DNA from: Lama guanicoe
Taxonomy: Eukaryota
NCBI GenBank assembly: GCA_013239625.1
Contig: MU053304.1
Span: forward strand, 310,001 to 374,000
Direction of reading: 5' to 3'
DNA: 64,000 nucleotides
In this document: piece after piece, positions 51,193 through 64,000 of the stretch
How the letters are laid out: every line of letters starts with the position of its first letter
How positions within the stretch are numbered: position 1 is the first letter of the stretch
Translations under genes and position numbers: made by a program
The notes under the pieces: generated by a model
Databases searched by the model: none
Told to the model about the DNA's origin: nothing
What the model saw: the letters and a program-made list of their open reading frames with translations, nothing else

Positions 51193-53261
51193 TAAAGTTT
51201 ATCCGCCCCAACACACCTTGCTTCTATAACACTAGACTGCATGCTAGGAAATTAATTAAAACAGCATTTTTCAACATCTCAACTACTGTTTATGGGTGAC
51301 TTTTTGTTGGTTTTTGATCTTTAATATTTTTTAATGTTTTAATATTTTTGACTTTTAAATTTTTTAGCAAAACAAAAAGACCCGAAGTACATCATGCTTT
51401 TCAAAGAATTGTTACCACAGTGCCATTCTAAGACACAGGTACAGATGAGTTTCATGGAGATGGACTGGGCACTTCAGAGCCTGGGCTCTTCTTTGCCACT
51501 TTAAAAGCCTTCTGTCTAAGGCTCTGCTTTTGCAAAGGCCCCACCAAGTGGATGAGGGTTGTAGCTGGACCCTGTGGGGCTGGCTCCCCAATACGGGCTG
51601 GGTCCTTAGAGGAGCCACCTCTCCTCACCCTCTGCCTGGGGGCTCCAGACCCCTCTCCTTGTGCCACCCCCCTGCCCTTGCTCTAGGCTTCTCCCTGCTG
51701 CTCCTCTAGGAGCTCTTGAGACCTGGCCAGTCCCCACCCTGCCAATGGTCAGGCTGAGCTACAAATGAGGAAACTCTCAACTTCTATTGAGACGGTATGG
51801 GGGCGGGGGTGGGGGCTTGGAATCAGCAGACCCACTGCACAAAGACTTTCTCTGCATCAACCCTCGGGCTCTGTCTGCAAGTCAGCCATGTTCTCTCAGA
51901 CCTGCTAGAACAATGAGCTTGGCAAGTCCCACAGCTTTCCCCTCTGAGCTCTACCATCAGAAGGAGTCCAGGAGCTTGGATGAGGGACACTCTGGAAGGA
52001 AAACTCCCAGGGTGGGACCCCCAGTTGGCCTCACTGGGGTCAAAGACACACCTCGGGCCAATTGACTGTGGCCAGAGTTCAGGCGTCTTGTGATAGCCCC
52101 CTGCCACCATGAGGACACTCTTATTTGGTTGGTTTGGGGCAGGAGTCACCCTCCCACAGGGCGGGTGGGGCAAAGTGAGTGTCCCAGCAGCTGGGAGGGA
52201 GTGGCACACAACTCCCCTGGCTCCCAGGGGTTGGAGCTTGAATCCAGTCCCAAGGCAGCGCCCTTGCCAAGGCCCAGGCTCCCTCTGTGTCTGGGTCTCC
52301 CTCTGGCTGTGGCTGACAGAAGCCATCTGGGCTCTGCACGTGGCTGCACTGCCCCTTCCTGCAACAAGTGGAGCGCTAAGGAATGGGGAGTGCCTCCTGT
52401 CCACGGCTCTGCACCACCTGACCAGAGGGGACTGGCCCCTCCATCTGTAGGTGCTGGTGGGGGTGAACATTCCCCCAGAGGACAGAGCTCCTGGAGGGTC
52501 TCAAGTGTCTAGAACAGGGAGCTGTCTCCCATCCCTACCCCTTCCTCCCCAGAAGGCCACAGACACCCACCCCCCTCCACTGAGACTGGGGGTGTGAGGG
52601 ACTCCTGCTCTGGCTCATGCCCAGGAGGTGGGCCTCCTGCTGATGAGGGCTGGGCCCTGACTGGGGCAGGAAAGACCTTTGGGCCCAGGGGTGGCTGGTC
52701 CATAAAGGCGTGTGTGCCTGTTGGGGGCTCTGCCTCAGTCTCACTCAGCCCCAGACTGATGCTCTGTTCTCAATCCCAGCAGTGAGCTTCCCCTCCTGGA
52801 TACTTGGAGGTTCCAGCCTCCTCCCCAGGCAAAGCACTGGGCATGTTTGCCAAGCCGCCCAGCCCAAGACGCCCAACTCCCCACACCTAGCCCAAAGCCT
52901 CCTTATACACGTGGTTCCTGTCATGTGGGCCTTGCTGGGTTCAGTGACCCACAAGACAATGCCCCAGTGCACCAGAGAGCACATAAAGAGGGCAGTGCCG
53001 ACCCTGTCCACTACCCGCACCCTGCTGGTGGCTCCTGGAAAACCTGAACTCTCCCATTCAGCCCTGGCTGGGACACCACTTGTCTGGCCCTGCCTGCACC
53101 CTGGGTCCTGGATAACTCAGGGTCTTCTCGGAAGATTTCTGGACTCTGGAAGCTGAGGAGCGGCATCCCCAGTTAATGAAATGATCACAAACTGTCACCA
53201 AGATCTGTGTCCCAAATGCAACTGGCTATTTTGTGTGTGTATGTGTGTGTGTTTTGTGTTT

Positions 53262-53350
53262 TGTGGGGGTTTTTTGATGGATGTACTGGGGATTGAACCC
53301 TCGTGCATGTTAAACATGTGCTCTACCACTGAGCTATTCCCACCCCCTCC
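53262..53350 (-). mobile_element. tRNA-derived SINE (Vic-1-like)
   Basis: gtactggggattgaaccc...catgtgctctaccactgagctattccc is the reverse of the SINE head. Confidence 0.8.
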
Positions 53351-53442
53351 TGCAATGAGCTGTTTTTAAAGACGGGTGGGGCTGGTTACAGACAGCCCAG
53401 CTTCTCCCATCATTTCCAGATTTGCCCAGCAATCTAACCCTG

Positions 53443-53946
53443 TGTGGGAGGCAGAATAATGGCCTTCCCCCACTAAATAAGTCCACATCCTAATCCTGGA
53501 ATCTGTGAATATGTCACTTTCCATGGCAGAGGGGACTTTGCCGATGTAATCACACCAAGGGTACAGACCCTGAGAGGGGGAAATGATCCTGGACTATCTG
53601 ATGGACCCAGTGTAATCACAAGTGTCCTTAAAATTGGAGGAGAGAGGCAGACAAGTCAGTTAGAGGGAGCTGTGACCACGGAAGAAAGACATAGAGATGC
53701 CAGGCTGCTGGCTTGGAAGCTGGAGAGAGGTCAAAGAAAAATGTGCACAGCCTCCAGAAGCTGGAAAAGCCAAGATACAGATTCTCCCAGAGTCTCCAGA
53801 AAGGAAAACAGCCCCCCTGACACCATGATTCAAGCTCAGTGAGACAGGTGGTGGATTCCCAACCTACAGAACTGTAAGATAAATGCCTGTGGTTTTAAGT
53901 CACTAAGTTTTGGTAACTTGTTACAGCAGCAATAAAAAACTAATAT
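53443..53946 (+). mobile_element. MLT1D-like MaLR solo LTR
   Basis: gcagaataatggcc...aatctgtgaatatgtcac...ggactttgccgatgtaat...cctacagaactgtaagataaat...ttgttacagcagcaataaaaaactaata. Confidence 0.85.
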
Positions 53947-54071
53947 GCCATGACAGACTGGCTGCTGAAGAGAGAAAATTTCAGAGCTGCCATGGAATTT
54001 TAAAAATTTTGGTAACAGTTTTGTTGAGTTATCATACAATCCACCATTTAAAGGGTACAATTCACCATAGA

Positions 54072-54156
54072 ATTTTTTTAAATGGAGGTACTGGGGATTG
54101 AACCCAGGACCTTGTGCATGCTAAGCATCACCCTACCACTGAGCTACCCAGCCCCC
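54072..54156 (-). mobile_element. tRNA-derived SINE (Vic-1-like)
   Basis: ggaggtactggggattgaacccaggaccttgtgcatgctaagca...ctaccactgagctacc. Imperfect TSD cacca[t/c]aga. Confidence 0.85.
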
Positions 54157-56432
54157 ACCACAGACTTTTAAGGGTTATTTTACAACCACTGGCCTCCCCC
54201 TTTTAATCTCTGAAATATCCATCATTAACCGACTTCAAGTACATCTCCAGAGGCTTATGTAAAATATTTTTGTACCTTGTCAGGGTTATTAAATAAATGG
54301 CTGATATCAAACAGCTCATCCTTGTCTGGTCGTGCTTCCTGATTCAGAGGTTCAATGTCAGGTGAAAGGAAGTGAACTTGTTCTCAGCTTGCCAGCTGGC
54401 AGCAGAGACCCTCTAGGGAGAGGCGCTGTCTTTGTAGAGAAAAACACCTTGATATTTTGGGAGAAAGGTGAGGTTTGAGAACTTGGAAGGTGACAGGCAT
54501 CTGGGCGGCAAAGGGACCGAGGAGCTGGGGGGTGGGATGACACTGACATAAAGCGGCATCCAAGGGTCAACCTGGAGTTGTTTTGCTGAGACATAAATCC
54601 TTCCTGTGGCCAGGCTTCTGGGGGCCTTGCAGAGCAGGGTCCACACTCAGCAGTGACCTGGGGAAAGTGGGCCCACTGGACACTGCAGGAATCTAGCGCA
54701 TGCTCCTCAGAAAGTCTTCAGCATGTGGAATGGGCCTCAAGCTGAGCTTATAGCAAGTCCAAGGGGCAAAGGACACAGCCACCTGACACACCCTCCCTGC
54801 CAAGCTCATGTGTACTGCATACAGGTGGGGAAGGTCTATAATATTCCAGGTGTGTCACACAGCTGTTTGCCTACTTGAGCTGATCATTGGTGTCCATGTC
54901 AAAAAAGATAATGTTTTAAATCACCAAGTAGCCAGTGTATTCCCAGCTCCCTTTCATGTCTCCATCTTGTAGACAGATGTTGGGGTCCACCTCTAAAACC
55001 TATTCCCTTCCATGTGACCCCTGAGACTGTCAAGCCCTGGGGGGTGGCCAGGGTTGACCACTGCTGCCATGCAGCCTGGAGGGCTCATCCAGCACAGTGG
55101 CCCAGCTCGCAGGGGCACAGGCTGCTGGTGGGACTGCGCTCAGAAGGCAGGAGCAGGGTCTGGAGCTCTGGCTGGTGGCTCCTCGAGCCGGCAGAGCCCT
55201 CATAGGCAGGCCTGGGTCTGGGGCAAACACGCCACCAACCCCCAGGCGAGCAGTCCCAAGACTCCCAGAGATGTTCTGAGGCCAATTTCACAGAAGCCCT
55301 TCAACTAAGGTCCTTTGTTTCTTGGGGATTTTCCCAGGGGCTGGTTAGATTTTTTTTTGCTTTTAGACTTTTGAAACAAGAGGGTCTGATTACCTCCTCT
55401 TTGCCCAGGCCATTGTTTCATTCCCTCCTCCAAGATCAGAGTCCTCTCACCTTGCCCCTCTCCTCTTCCTGCAAACTTGGTCAGGGGACACAGATGTCCT
55501 TTCTTGCTCTCCCAAGCCAGGTGGGGGCTGCCCTCAATATTTCCAAGGAGGTTTTCTGATACCTTCTTAAGAAGAGGAACAAAATATACGTGTAACCTCT
55601 AACAGGGAACCCTGACATTCCTATAATTCTTAGTTTAATTTTTAGGCAAAAGTAGTGAACATCTTTCTGCACTTTAAACTGCAATTCATGTCTATTAAAA
55701 TTATCTGCTTTATATATTATGTGGATTATTTCAAACACTGCAGTTGTCATATATTTGATACTTAAGGTAGCACAAACATTATTTTGTCATATGTCAGAAA
55801 TAAATTTAGAACCTCAGCTCCACACAGACAGGGATTTTTGCCTGTCTTGCTCATCTCTGCATCCCCGGTATCGAGAAAAGTGCCTGTCACATAGCAGGTC
55901 CTCAGCACAGATTTGTTGAAGAAGTGGGATGACTAATCAATTTCACAAATTTAAAATACCTTTGGTACTATAATTCACAGTTTCCTTGCAATACTAAAGT
56001 AATTTAATGCAGTCATTCTCACATTATTTTTAATCTATCATGTCTTACCTTAAATGGATTTAATGTTTTATTAAGAAAGAAGATTGGAGATTCCGATGGC
56101 ATTAAATTTACCTTCCCTGAAATGAGAGCATAATATATTAGCATTACTAATGCTGAAACTTTTGAACTGATGGAAATTCATTGGAGGAAAAGCTATGCAT
56201 GTTGGCTCTAACAAAACCATGATGTAACAAACATTCAGAAAACTGCAAGTGAACCCCTGCTTTTACCACTTACCATCTCTGTGACATCGGGAAAGTAACT
56301 TCACCGAACCTAACACTCCTTATCTGTAAATCAATAACATACCTCGCCCTCCTACTTCACGGGGCTGCTAGGAAGAGCAGGTAGGAGCACTCATGAGAGC
56401 ATTTTGTAAAACGCCACTCAAAACTAAGCCAT

Positions 56433-56872
56433 TCTATGGACCTTGAGATCATCATTCTAAGTGAAGTAAGCCAGAAAGAGAAAGAAAAATACCATATGAT
56501 ATTACTCATATGTGGAATCTTTAAAAAAAAAAAAGACAAACAAACTTATTTACAAAACAGAAACAGACTCGCAAACATAGAAAACAAACTTATGGTCACC
56601 AGGAGGGGAAGGGGTGGGAAGGGATAAATTGGGAGTTCCAGCTTTGCAGATACTTAAGTAACATATATAAAATAGATAAACAACAAGTTTATATTGTATA
56701 GCACAGAGAACTATATTCAGTATCTTGTAGTAAATTATGGTGAAAAAGAATATAAAAACAAATATATGTATCTTCCTATATGACTGAAGCATTGTGCTGT
56801 ACACCAGAAATTGACACAACATTGTAAACTGACTATACATCAAAAAAAAAGTATATATATATACATTTAAAA
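56433..56872 (+). mobile_element. Young 5'-truncated L1 (ORF2 tail and 3'UTR) next to a MIR remnant
   Basis: MDLEIIILSEVSQKEKEKYHMILLICG is the L1 ORF2 C-terminus. TSD aaaactaagc[c/t]at at 56420-56432 and 56873-56885. Confidence 0.92.
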
Positions 56873-56989
56873 AAAACTAAGCTATCTTAAAGAATATGTA
56901 TGGGTGCCTGAATTCACATACCAAAAATGGATGTCTTAACTTTTTAAAATGTCAATCAGATAACTAAATAATAATTAATCAGATATTAA

Positions 56990-58570
56990 ACAATTGCTAT
57001 CATTTGTATTTCTTTGAAATTCACTGCTTATTTATTGGCCATTTGGATTTCTTTCTCAGTGATTGACCTATTCTTATTCTTCATCTATTTGCCTCTAGAG
57101 TATTTGCCTGCTAATTGGTTTCAGTAGCTTTTAAACTCTTTAGCATAATTACTCCTTATCTGTCCTGAATTTTGCAATTATTTTCCCCAGATGATTTTAT
57201 TTACCAGATGGGTGTTTCAGGTTTTATGTAGGTCAATTTTATTGATTTACGTATATATATATATATATAGTGGCTTTTGATCAATACTTAAAGGAAAGTC
57301 TCCAACTTCAAGATTATAGAATATTTTACTTATATTTTTTTCTTTAATAGATTTATTTTTATATTTAAATATTTAATCCATGTGTCACTTATTTCAGTAT
57401 AAGATAAACAGTAGGGAATCTAACCTCATTTTCCCCCAGTGATGAGCCAGTCATCCCAAGGCCATTTATTAGCTAATCTGCATTTTCCAGACTAATCTAA
57501 ATTGCCACCTTTTTTTTTCTACTAAATTCCCACTAGAACTTGGAGTCAGATTTAGACTCTTTTCTATTCTGCTGATAATCTGTTTATATTCCTATGCTAG
57601 TATGACATTATTTTGATTACTGTAGGCTCGATAAACTATTTTAATATCAGAGGATGAATCTCACAGACATCAATCATGCTGAGTGAAAGAAGCTGGACAC
57701 AAAAGAAAACATTCTGTAAGATTCTACTTAGATGAAATTCTAGAACAGATGAGACTAATCTAGAGGAGCAGAAAACGGATCAGTGTTTGCCTAGGTCAGA
57801 ACTAGTGTTGGGAGGAGAGAGGACGCAGGGGGTTGGGGGGGAGGCTGACTATAAAGGGGCATAAGGGAACCTTCTGGGGAGTGGAAATGTTCTATATTTT
57901 GACTGGGTCGGTGGTTGCCAGAGTGTATACATTTGTCAAAATTCATTCAATTGTACACTTAAAATGTGTTAATTACATTGTATGTAAATTATATCTCAAT
58001 TAAAAATATCTGATAAGGCAAGTCTCCTGACCTTATGTCATTGCTGTTTCCAAAAATTGTTTTTCTATGCTTATATAATTATTCTTCCAGATGAATTTTA
58101 AAATACCTATATAAAATTAAATTCTTTTTCACTGCTCTTGATAGGAATTGTGTTAAATTTATTTATTAATTTGGGGTAGAATTGACATCCACAAAGACTT
58201 TCCACCCTCTAAGAGGATATATCTCTTCATTTATTCAAGTCTTCTTTAGTCATTTTTTGCCATTTTGGTAAAAGTTTGTTTTGTCGGATTTTGGTATCAG
58301 GGCTGCCTCAGGGGTTGTTTTCATGTTCACTCCTAATCATGTGGACTTTTTCTCTGTAAAACTTGCCAGCAGTTTTCATCATTTGTTGATCTTTTCAAGG
58401 AATGAGCCCCTTGTCTCCCCTTTATTCTATACTGACATCCTGTGCAACCTAGTCTATTCTGAAAAAAAGAATCTATTGGAACGGTCTCTTTTTCAATCAT
58501 TTCACACTGTTTAAATTATTGTAGCTCTATGAAGTATTTTAGTATCTCTTATCAAGAGATTTTGGTAAAT
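56990..58570 (-). mobile_element. Old L1 fragments, interrupted by a + strand L1M 3' end at ~57650-58005
   Basis: Reverse L1 ORF2 patterns (tttaatccatg..., catcccaaggccatttatt, tttgattactgtagg). The insert reads catgctgagtgaaagaagc...tgtaaattatatctcaattaaaa. Confidence 0.65.
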
Positions 58571-60079
58571 TCATCAAGCATTCTAAAACTCCCCTCCTCT
58601 CTCTAACATCCCTGCTCCCTCCAGTCATCTGGTAGACTGTCAGGAGATGATGACTTCATTTTGGAAAGGTTTCTCTGTGCCACTCAGCTGGCTGGCAGCT
58701 GCTTGCTGGAAGGTATGTGGGGCTCCAGTCTGCCAGGCCTGAAACACATTCACCTCAATAAATGTCTTCCCCACATGCTGAGACGTCGTGAAGAGGATCC
58801 TGAGACTCTGGGACTAATGTAGCCAAGAACACTCTGTTCCATCTTCCATCTTCCATCTTCATAACGAAACGCTGACTGCCTGCTAATAGATGCGCACTTT
58901 ATTTTAAATATATGAATAGGATAATTGTTTTAAAAGACTTCCAGCTGGTTAATTTTAGGTTCCTGCAATAAAACTCTCCTCCGGCACATTCTCTGGCTTT
59001 GGGCCCTGAAGGGCTGCAGGTTCTCCCGACTGAACTGGAGACAGTGTTCTGTTTCGCGTGCTCAGGTTTTCCGGTGGTGGTTTTGATGTGAAGTCAGGAA
59101 CTGTGTTGGCCTCAAGAGGACTTCCTCCATGATCCCGGGGAGCCACTTCTAGAGCACTCTTGCCAGTCAGGAAAAATTTCATCCAGTAAAATATTTTCAG
59201 TGAACCATTGGGCTACTTTTCTTTGCCATGATCAGGCAGGTCCTCTCTCCCCCTCTTCCTTGGGCATTGACTTCTTGCTGCCCACCTGCCAGGAGGAGAA
59301 GGGCCTTCAAGAGCTCTAAGTTGCCACCAGGTGTCAAGTCAGGGCCTCCCCAGGCCTCCTCCAGCAGGCTCTGTTTCAGTTAGCAAGTGTGGCCTGGCAT
59401 CCAGGTCGGTCTTGTCAAAGCCCTGCAGGCTGCTGGGCTTCTTCCCTTTGTCGCAGTCACCCCTTTGAGGGCCTTTTCCCTCAGCTTTCAACATCGTCTC
59501 CTCTGTCCCAGGAGTCACCTGGGTCCTGTAAACATAAGGATGGACCAGGGAGAGTGCCCAGAGGTGGGATGGGGGTGACACAGGGCAGCCAGGACTACGA
59601 AACAGAGGAATCTGGGTGAGGAGCAGGTAGGGCTGTGCCAGACACAACTTCTAACACAGAAGGATGGAGGGACCAGGACAGACACCAGGGTGAAGAAGAG
59701 TGTGGAAGCATCACTGAGCAATCTGTTCCCGCTGATGACCTGTGTTCAGAAGAAGGAGGGATGAATGGCATGGAGTTGGTTGTCTCTGTGAGGTCTGGGA
59801 TTTAATCAGATGGAGTAGAGGGGTTCAGGTAGGAATGTGCAGGTGCTTTAGGTATGGCTGGAATGGAAGGTTGGCAGAGAAAAGAGGGAGATGAGACTGA
59901 GGAACTCGTTGCAGTCAGGTGAGAAAAATCTTCACTCCTGAACCAAGGAGATTGGACTTCTTTACAAAGGACCTGGGAGGAGGAGTGATTTAGGAAGTTT
60001 ACTCAGCAGCAGCCTGTGGGCCGTCTGTAGCCATGCACTCTGTTGTTCACACTGCTCATCCTTTCAGTTTGAGAACACT

Positions 60080-60512
60080 GTATTAGGCAGGTTCCTGCTG
60101 CATCATGCTGGGTAACAAACACACTCAGAAATCTCAATGGCTTAGAGCAGCAACCATCTAGTTCACATTCACAGGTCTGCAGGTCAGTTGCAGCAGCTCG
60201 ACTTCAGGCTCTGGGTTGTGCTTAGTTCTCCTCCATGTCTCTCATTCTGGGACCAGTGGCCACCTGGAGTGTTTTTGTTTTTTTTTTTTCCTTGACAAAT
60301 AGCAGAAAGTGCAAGAGGTGAGTGTGGCAACACAGATACTCTTCAGAACTGACTTCTGCCCATATTCCATTGCTCAAGGCAAGTCACATAGCCAAACCCA
60401 ACAGCCACAGAGCAGAGAATTACACTCTGTCCACTCTAGTGGGAGGCAACTCAGCATCTTCCTGCAAAGGGCATGTGTCAGAGACTGGAAACAGATTTGA
60501 TTACTGCCATCA
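60080..60512 (-). mobile_element. MLT1-type MaLR LTR remnant
   Basis: gtaacaaac...gaaatctcaatggctta...ccatattccattgctcaaggcaagtcacatagccaaaccc. Confidence 0.6.
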
Positions 60513-61924
60513 CCAGCCCACCTTCTTCAACAGCTTTAGCTCTTGGTTCATGAGTGTCCATGTGGTGTAATAAAAGAAGTGCTAAAGGAGGTCTGGGGTC
60601 CTGGATTCCAGCTCCAACTCAGCAAGTCCTTCAGTCCTCAAGTCCTTCAATTTCCCTCCTCTTCCACCTAAGGTGGTTGTTTAGGCTGGTTCCCAAGATC
60701 TCCTCCAGCTCCAGCCATCACGAATCTTCAAGACTCAGATGGCTCTATCTGTCACAAGCCTGATTATTTTGGAAGAGGTAGAGACCAGAGGCAGGAGAAC
60801 TGTGAGAAGAGCAGGCAAGAGTATGGGCATGGAGGGAAAGAGGAGAATGAGTTTGTCAGTTGTCAGGAAAGAAGAACAAAGCTGGGTTAAGGAGATGTTG
60901 GAGTCGGTAAGCAAAGTTTATATATTTGATACCTGTTCCACAGGCCACTTCTCCACACTGCCTGACAGGTCTGGTGATTCCTTACCGGGATTATCTGGTG
61001 CACGGAAAGTTTCTAGAGAGAGAGCAACCTGAGTGATCACTTTTAAGCATTCTAAGCAGGTGAACAAGAATCAGAACACAACCACAAGTTCTGTGACTTT
61101 TTCATTATTGTACAACCTTCCGTCTAGGCTCCAATTCATGAGTTGGGAGCTGTTTCGAAATGAATAGTGGTCTTCATGTCCTTTAATCTGTCAGAGCTGT
61201 GAAACTGAACAGCTTTCAATGGAATTCAACAAATAAGTGTCAGTTAGAAGTCTTTGATTGCAAACAAGAGAAAGTCTGGGACTCTGGCCAGTTAGAAGCA
61301 TATAGAAAGCCTACTGGGTAACTCAGAAGGCTCATGGAAGGCAGAAGAAACGGCAGGGACTAGGGTGGGGCTCTGCCTGCAATGAGCCAACATTAACCCT
61401 TTTATTTTCTGTCCTGTGTCTCTCCACCTGTCCAGAGGCCCAGTACAGTCTGGTGGATGGAGCATAGGTCCTATGCCCCAAGAATTCATGGGCAGTCGGA
61501 GTTCTGTGATGGACTCTGAAGACCCCTTTGATTTATTCAGCAAGGAAGTTAGAAAATTCCTGATCTACAGCTCCCCAAAGCCTGCACCCAATGAGATAAA
61601 GGCAAATCCCCCAAAAGAGATCAGGGGGTGTTTAAAAGGGGAAGTTGTCTGATGGCCATAAAACAAGTACCCATGACAAACGGTTGAAAGATCAGTGAAC
61701 TATGGAATTGCAGTGGTAGAAGACAACAGTTCGTAGGATCACTCTGAGCCATGATGTTTGGAGGAATTCAGACCCACAGGGAGATGGCATTAGGGGTGTT
61801 TGTGAGTCCCAGAGCCGGCAGCCCCATAGCCCTCCTCTCTGTGCCTTTCTCTGGAATGACCAAAATCGCTAGGGTTTGTCATCCAACAAAATGTCCTGCA
61901 ACTCCTCTCCTCTATTCTACTTCA

Positions 61925-62135
61925 CAATAAGAATAGCAAATATTTATTAAGCAGTTACTATGTGCCAGGCACTGCTCCAATAACTAACACAAAACATCTT
62001 GTTTAGTCCTCACAACAATCCTATTAGGTGATTACTTATCCCCATTTTACAGATTAGAAAAACAAGGCATGGGCCCTAATTCACTAGGCTGATGAGAATT
62101 AGAATGATGATTCAAACCCAGATAGTCTTGGTTGA
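61925..62135 (-). mobile_element. MIR SINE
   Basis: atttattaagcagttactatgtgccaggcactg...cctcacaacaatcct...cccattttacaga...gattcaaacccag. Confidence 0.8.
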
Positions 62136-63739
62136 AATAATTTAATATTCCCATAAACAGTCCTTCTTCAAAGAGGTTGCCATGGAAACTTAGGACAAAT
62201 ACTCCAGGGTCTGAATTAAAGGAAACTGGGACTATTTTGCAGGTGCCTGGAACAGGAAGTAACCGTGAGACCAAAGGAGGAAAAAGAGATTGGGAGAAGG
62301 CAGTTTTTAAAATTAAGAAAATAAAACGAAAGAGTGGAAAGCTTTAAAACCTTTGAGGATTTCGCTACGGAGAGTTGAAAGGGCTGCTAATATCGTTGCA
62401 TTCCCACTTCAGCTCCTACCTGGCAAGGGACTTGTGCTTCCTGTGGGTTCTTCCCGGGATGGTTTTTGATTCTGTTTCTGACTCGTCTCTCACGTGGACT
62501 GGCCCGTGTGTGGAGCCAGGTGTGGAGCCTGTGCACAGCTGGCTCTAATTTGAGGGGCCTTCTGCCATTTTAAGATGACCTCACTCCATTCCCTTGACTT
62601 TTCAAAATGCAATTCACGCTACATTTCCAAAATTTGGATAATGATTTACTGGCTCTTCTTCTTGCATTATCCTGCTGTGTGAGGGTTTTGTTTGTTTCGG
62701 GGCTTGATAACTATTCTTAATGGGGGTTTGCAGACCTAGCTATTAAAGCAGGGAATCAGAAAGTATCACTTCCTTATTTCTACCTTTCTGGCCATTTTTC
62801 AGTCTTGGCCAAGGAATTCCTTTCCACCTTCCTGTATCTCCCATATCTACCTTTGAAAGGCCAATGTAGAATAAGGAGCTGATGGTTAAGTCGTTTTGGC
62901 ATGAACACGTCTGGATTTGCAACTTGCCTCTGACACTTAACAGCTGTATTTTGGACAAAATAGGGGAGGACTGTACTGCACAGTCAATCTCAGGAGCAGC
63001 AGGGAAACTTGTTCAAAGGGGAACACCCACTCCCCCAGTCCTTTGACAAAAACAAAGACAGATCATTTAACTCTCCTCCAGACAGGGGTACCCCAGACCC
63101 GACAATATTCTCTGTCAAACAGAGGGCTTCCCTAGCCCACATTTCAGGAGCACTGAGAACTGCCAGAGCATTACCCTTCCCACTTTTCTTTCTCTCTCCC
63201 CGACCTCTGCTAACCCAGAAGTTATCACACATGAGCTCCTGGATAATCCCCGGCTCCCACAGGGTGTGTGACAGGCACTGAGGTCTCCCCTCAGCTCAGC
63301 CTCTGATGCCCCGGATGCCTCAAAGAGCCACAGCTGCATGTGTGCACGTCCCTGGGCAGATGATACTCGGGGTGCTCTGAAGCATCCCCAGAACAATGGT
63401 TCAGACATGAGCATTAAGGAATATGTCATATTTCTTGACCCAAAGTGTCAGAACCACCAAGATGAAAAAGCGGTCAAGACAGAAGGTGGTAGCAAGCTTC
63501 AGTACTACTAGTGAGTTTGGCCCGAGGATCACAATCATAAACTCATCCCCCTGTAAGAGAAATGTATGACACATTTACTCATTCATTCAACACACATGTT
63601 CAAGGACTCTGACATTTTTACATTGAACTTGGCATTTCCAGTCCAAATTTTGTGAGGGGTGCTCTGGGTCTCTTGTGATAATCACTGTGCTGTCTGGGAC
63701 ACAAACTGTGACCTGTTCACTAAGTGATGTCCTCTTCCT

Positions 63740-64000
63740 TCCAGGCATCACTGGATGTCACTGTCCAGCCTCCTTGCAGTGAGGTGTGACCCTGTGACTG
63801 AGTTCTGGTCCATGGGACATGGGCAGAAGTGACATGCACTGCTCCCAGGTCCGGCCCATGAAAAGTTCCCATGTGTGGTCCTCCATGCTCTTCGCCCCTC
63901 AGGCAGCTTGATATGGACAAGCATGGTGACCCTGGAAGTGACATGCTGAAGTGGCAGTACCCTGGGTCTAAGAGTCAGTGCTTGGAGGAGAGCCAGCCTG
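63740..64000 (+). mobile_element. MLT1-type MaLR LTR fragment (runs off the window)
   Basis: cagcctccttgcagtgaggtgtgaccctgtgactgagttctggtcc...gcagaagtgacatg. Confidence 0.6.

Noticed and set aside
51823..52470. 215-aa minus-strand ORF and overlapping ORFs
   Set aside because: GC-rich intergenic sequence open in several frames on both strands, with no domain, splice or promoter support.

Overview
Mammalian genomic DNA, most likely camelid (alpaca/llama/camel), judging from four tRNA-derived Vic-1-type SINEs and artiodactyl-type L1 3' ends. It holds one complete protein-coding gene, NPPC (C-type natriuretic peptide precursor, + strand). NPPC has a TATA/CRE-like/GC/CCAAT promoter near 39.1 kb, coding exons at 39292-39381 and 39821-40111 (126 aa), and a non-coding third exon from 43403. 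A second CpG-island promoter at about 9.5-10.3 kb has a minus-strand splice donor and, by mammalian synteny, is probably the first exon of DIS3L2; if so, bases 1-9914 are its intron 1. Most of the rest is L1, L2, MIR, MaLR/ERV LTR, Tigger1/MER5 and SINE sequence, and nearly all short ORFs in the track are noise. I found no convincing novel gene system. The best leads are: four substitutions in the normally near-invariant CNP-53 extension; convergent CTCF motifs bracketing NPPC; two candidate polyA sites flanking an AU-rich cluster; a CCAAT/octamer-rich solo LTR; a 41-bp inverted repeat inside an unexplained 2.2-kb block; a near-perfect ~105-bp tandem duplication upstream of NPPC; and an open upstream ATG in the putative DIS3L2 exon 1. 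Repeat subfamily names and cross-species comparisons are from memory, not from searches.
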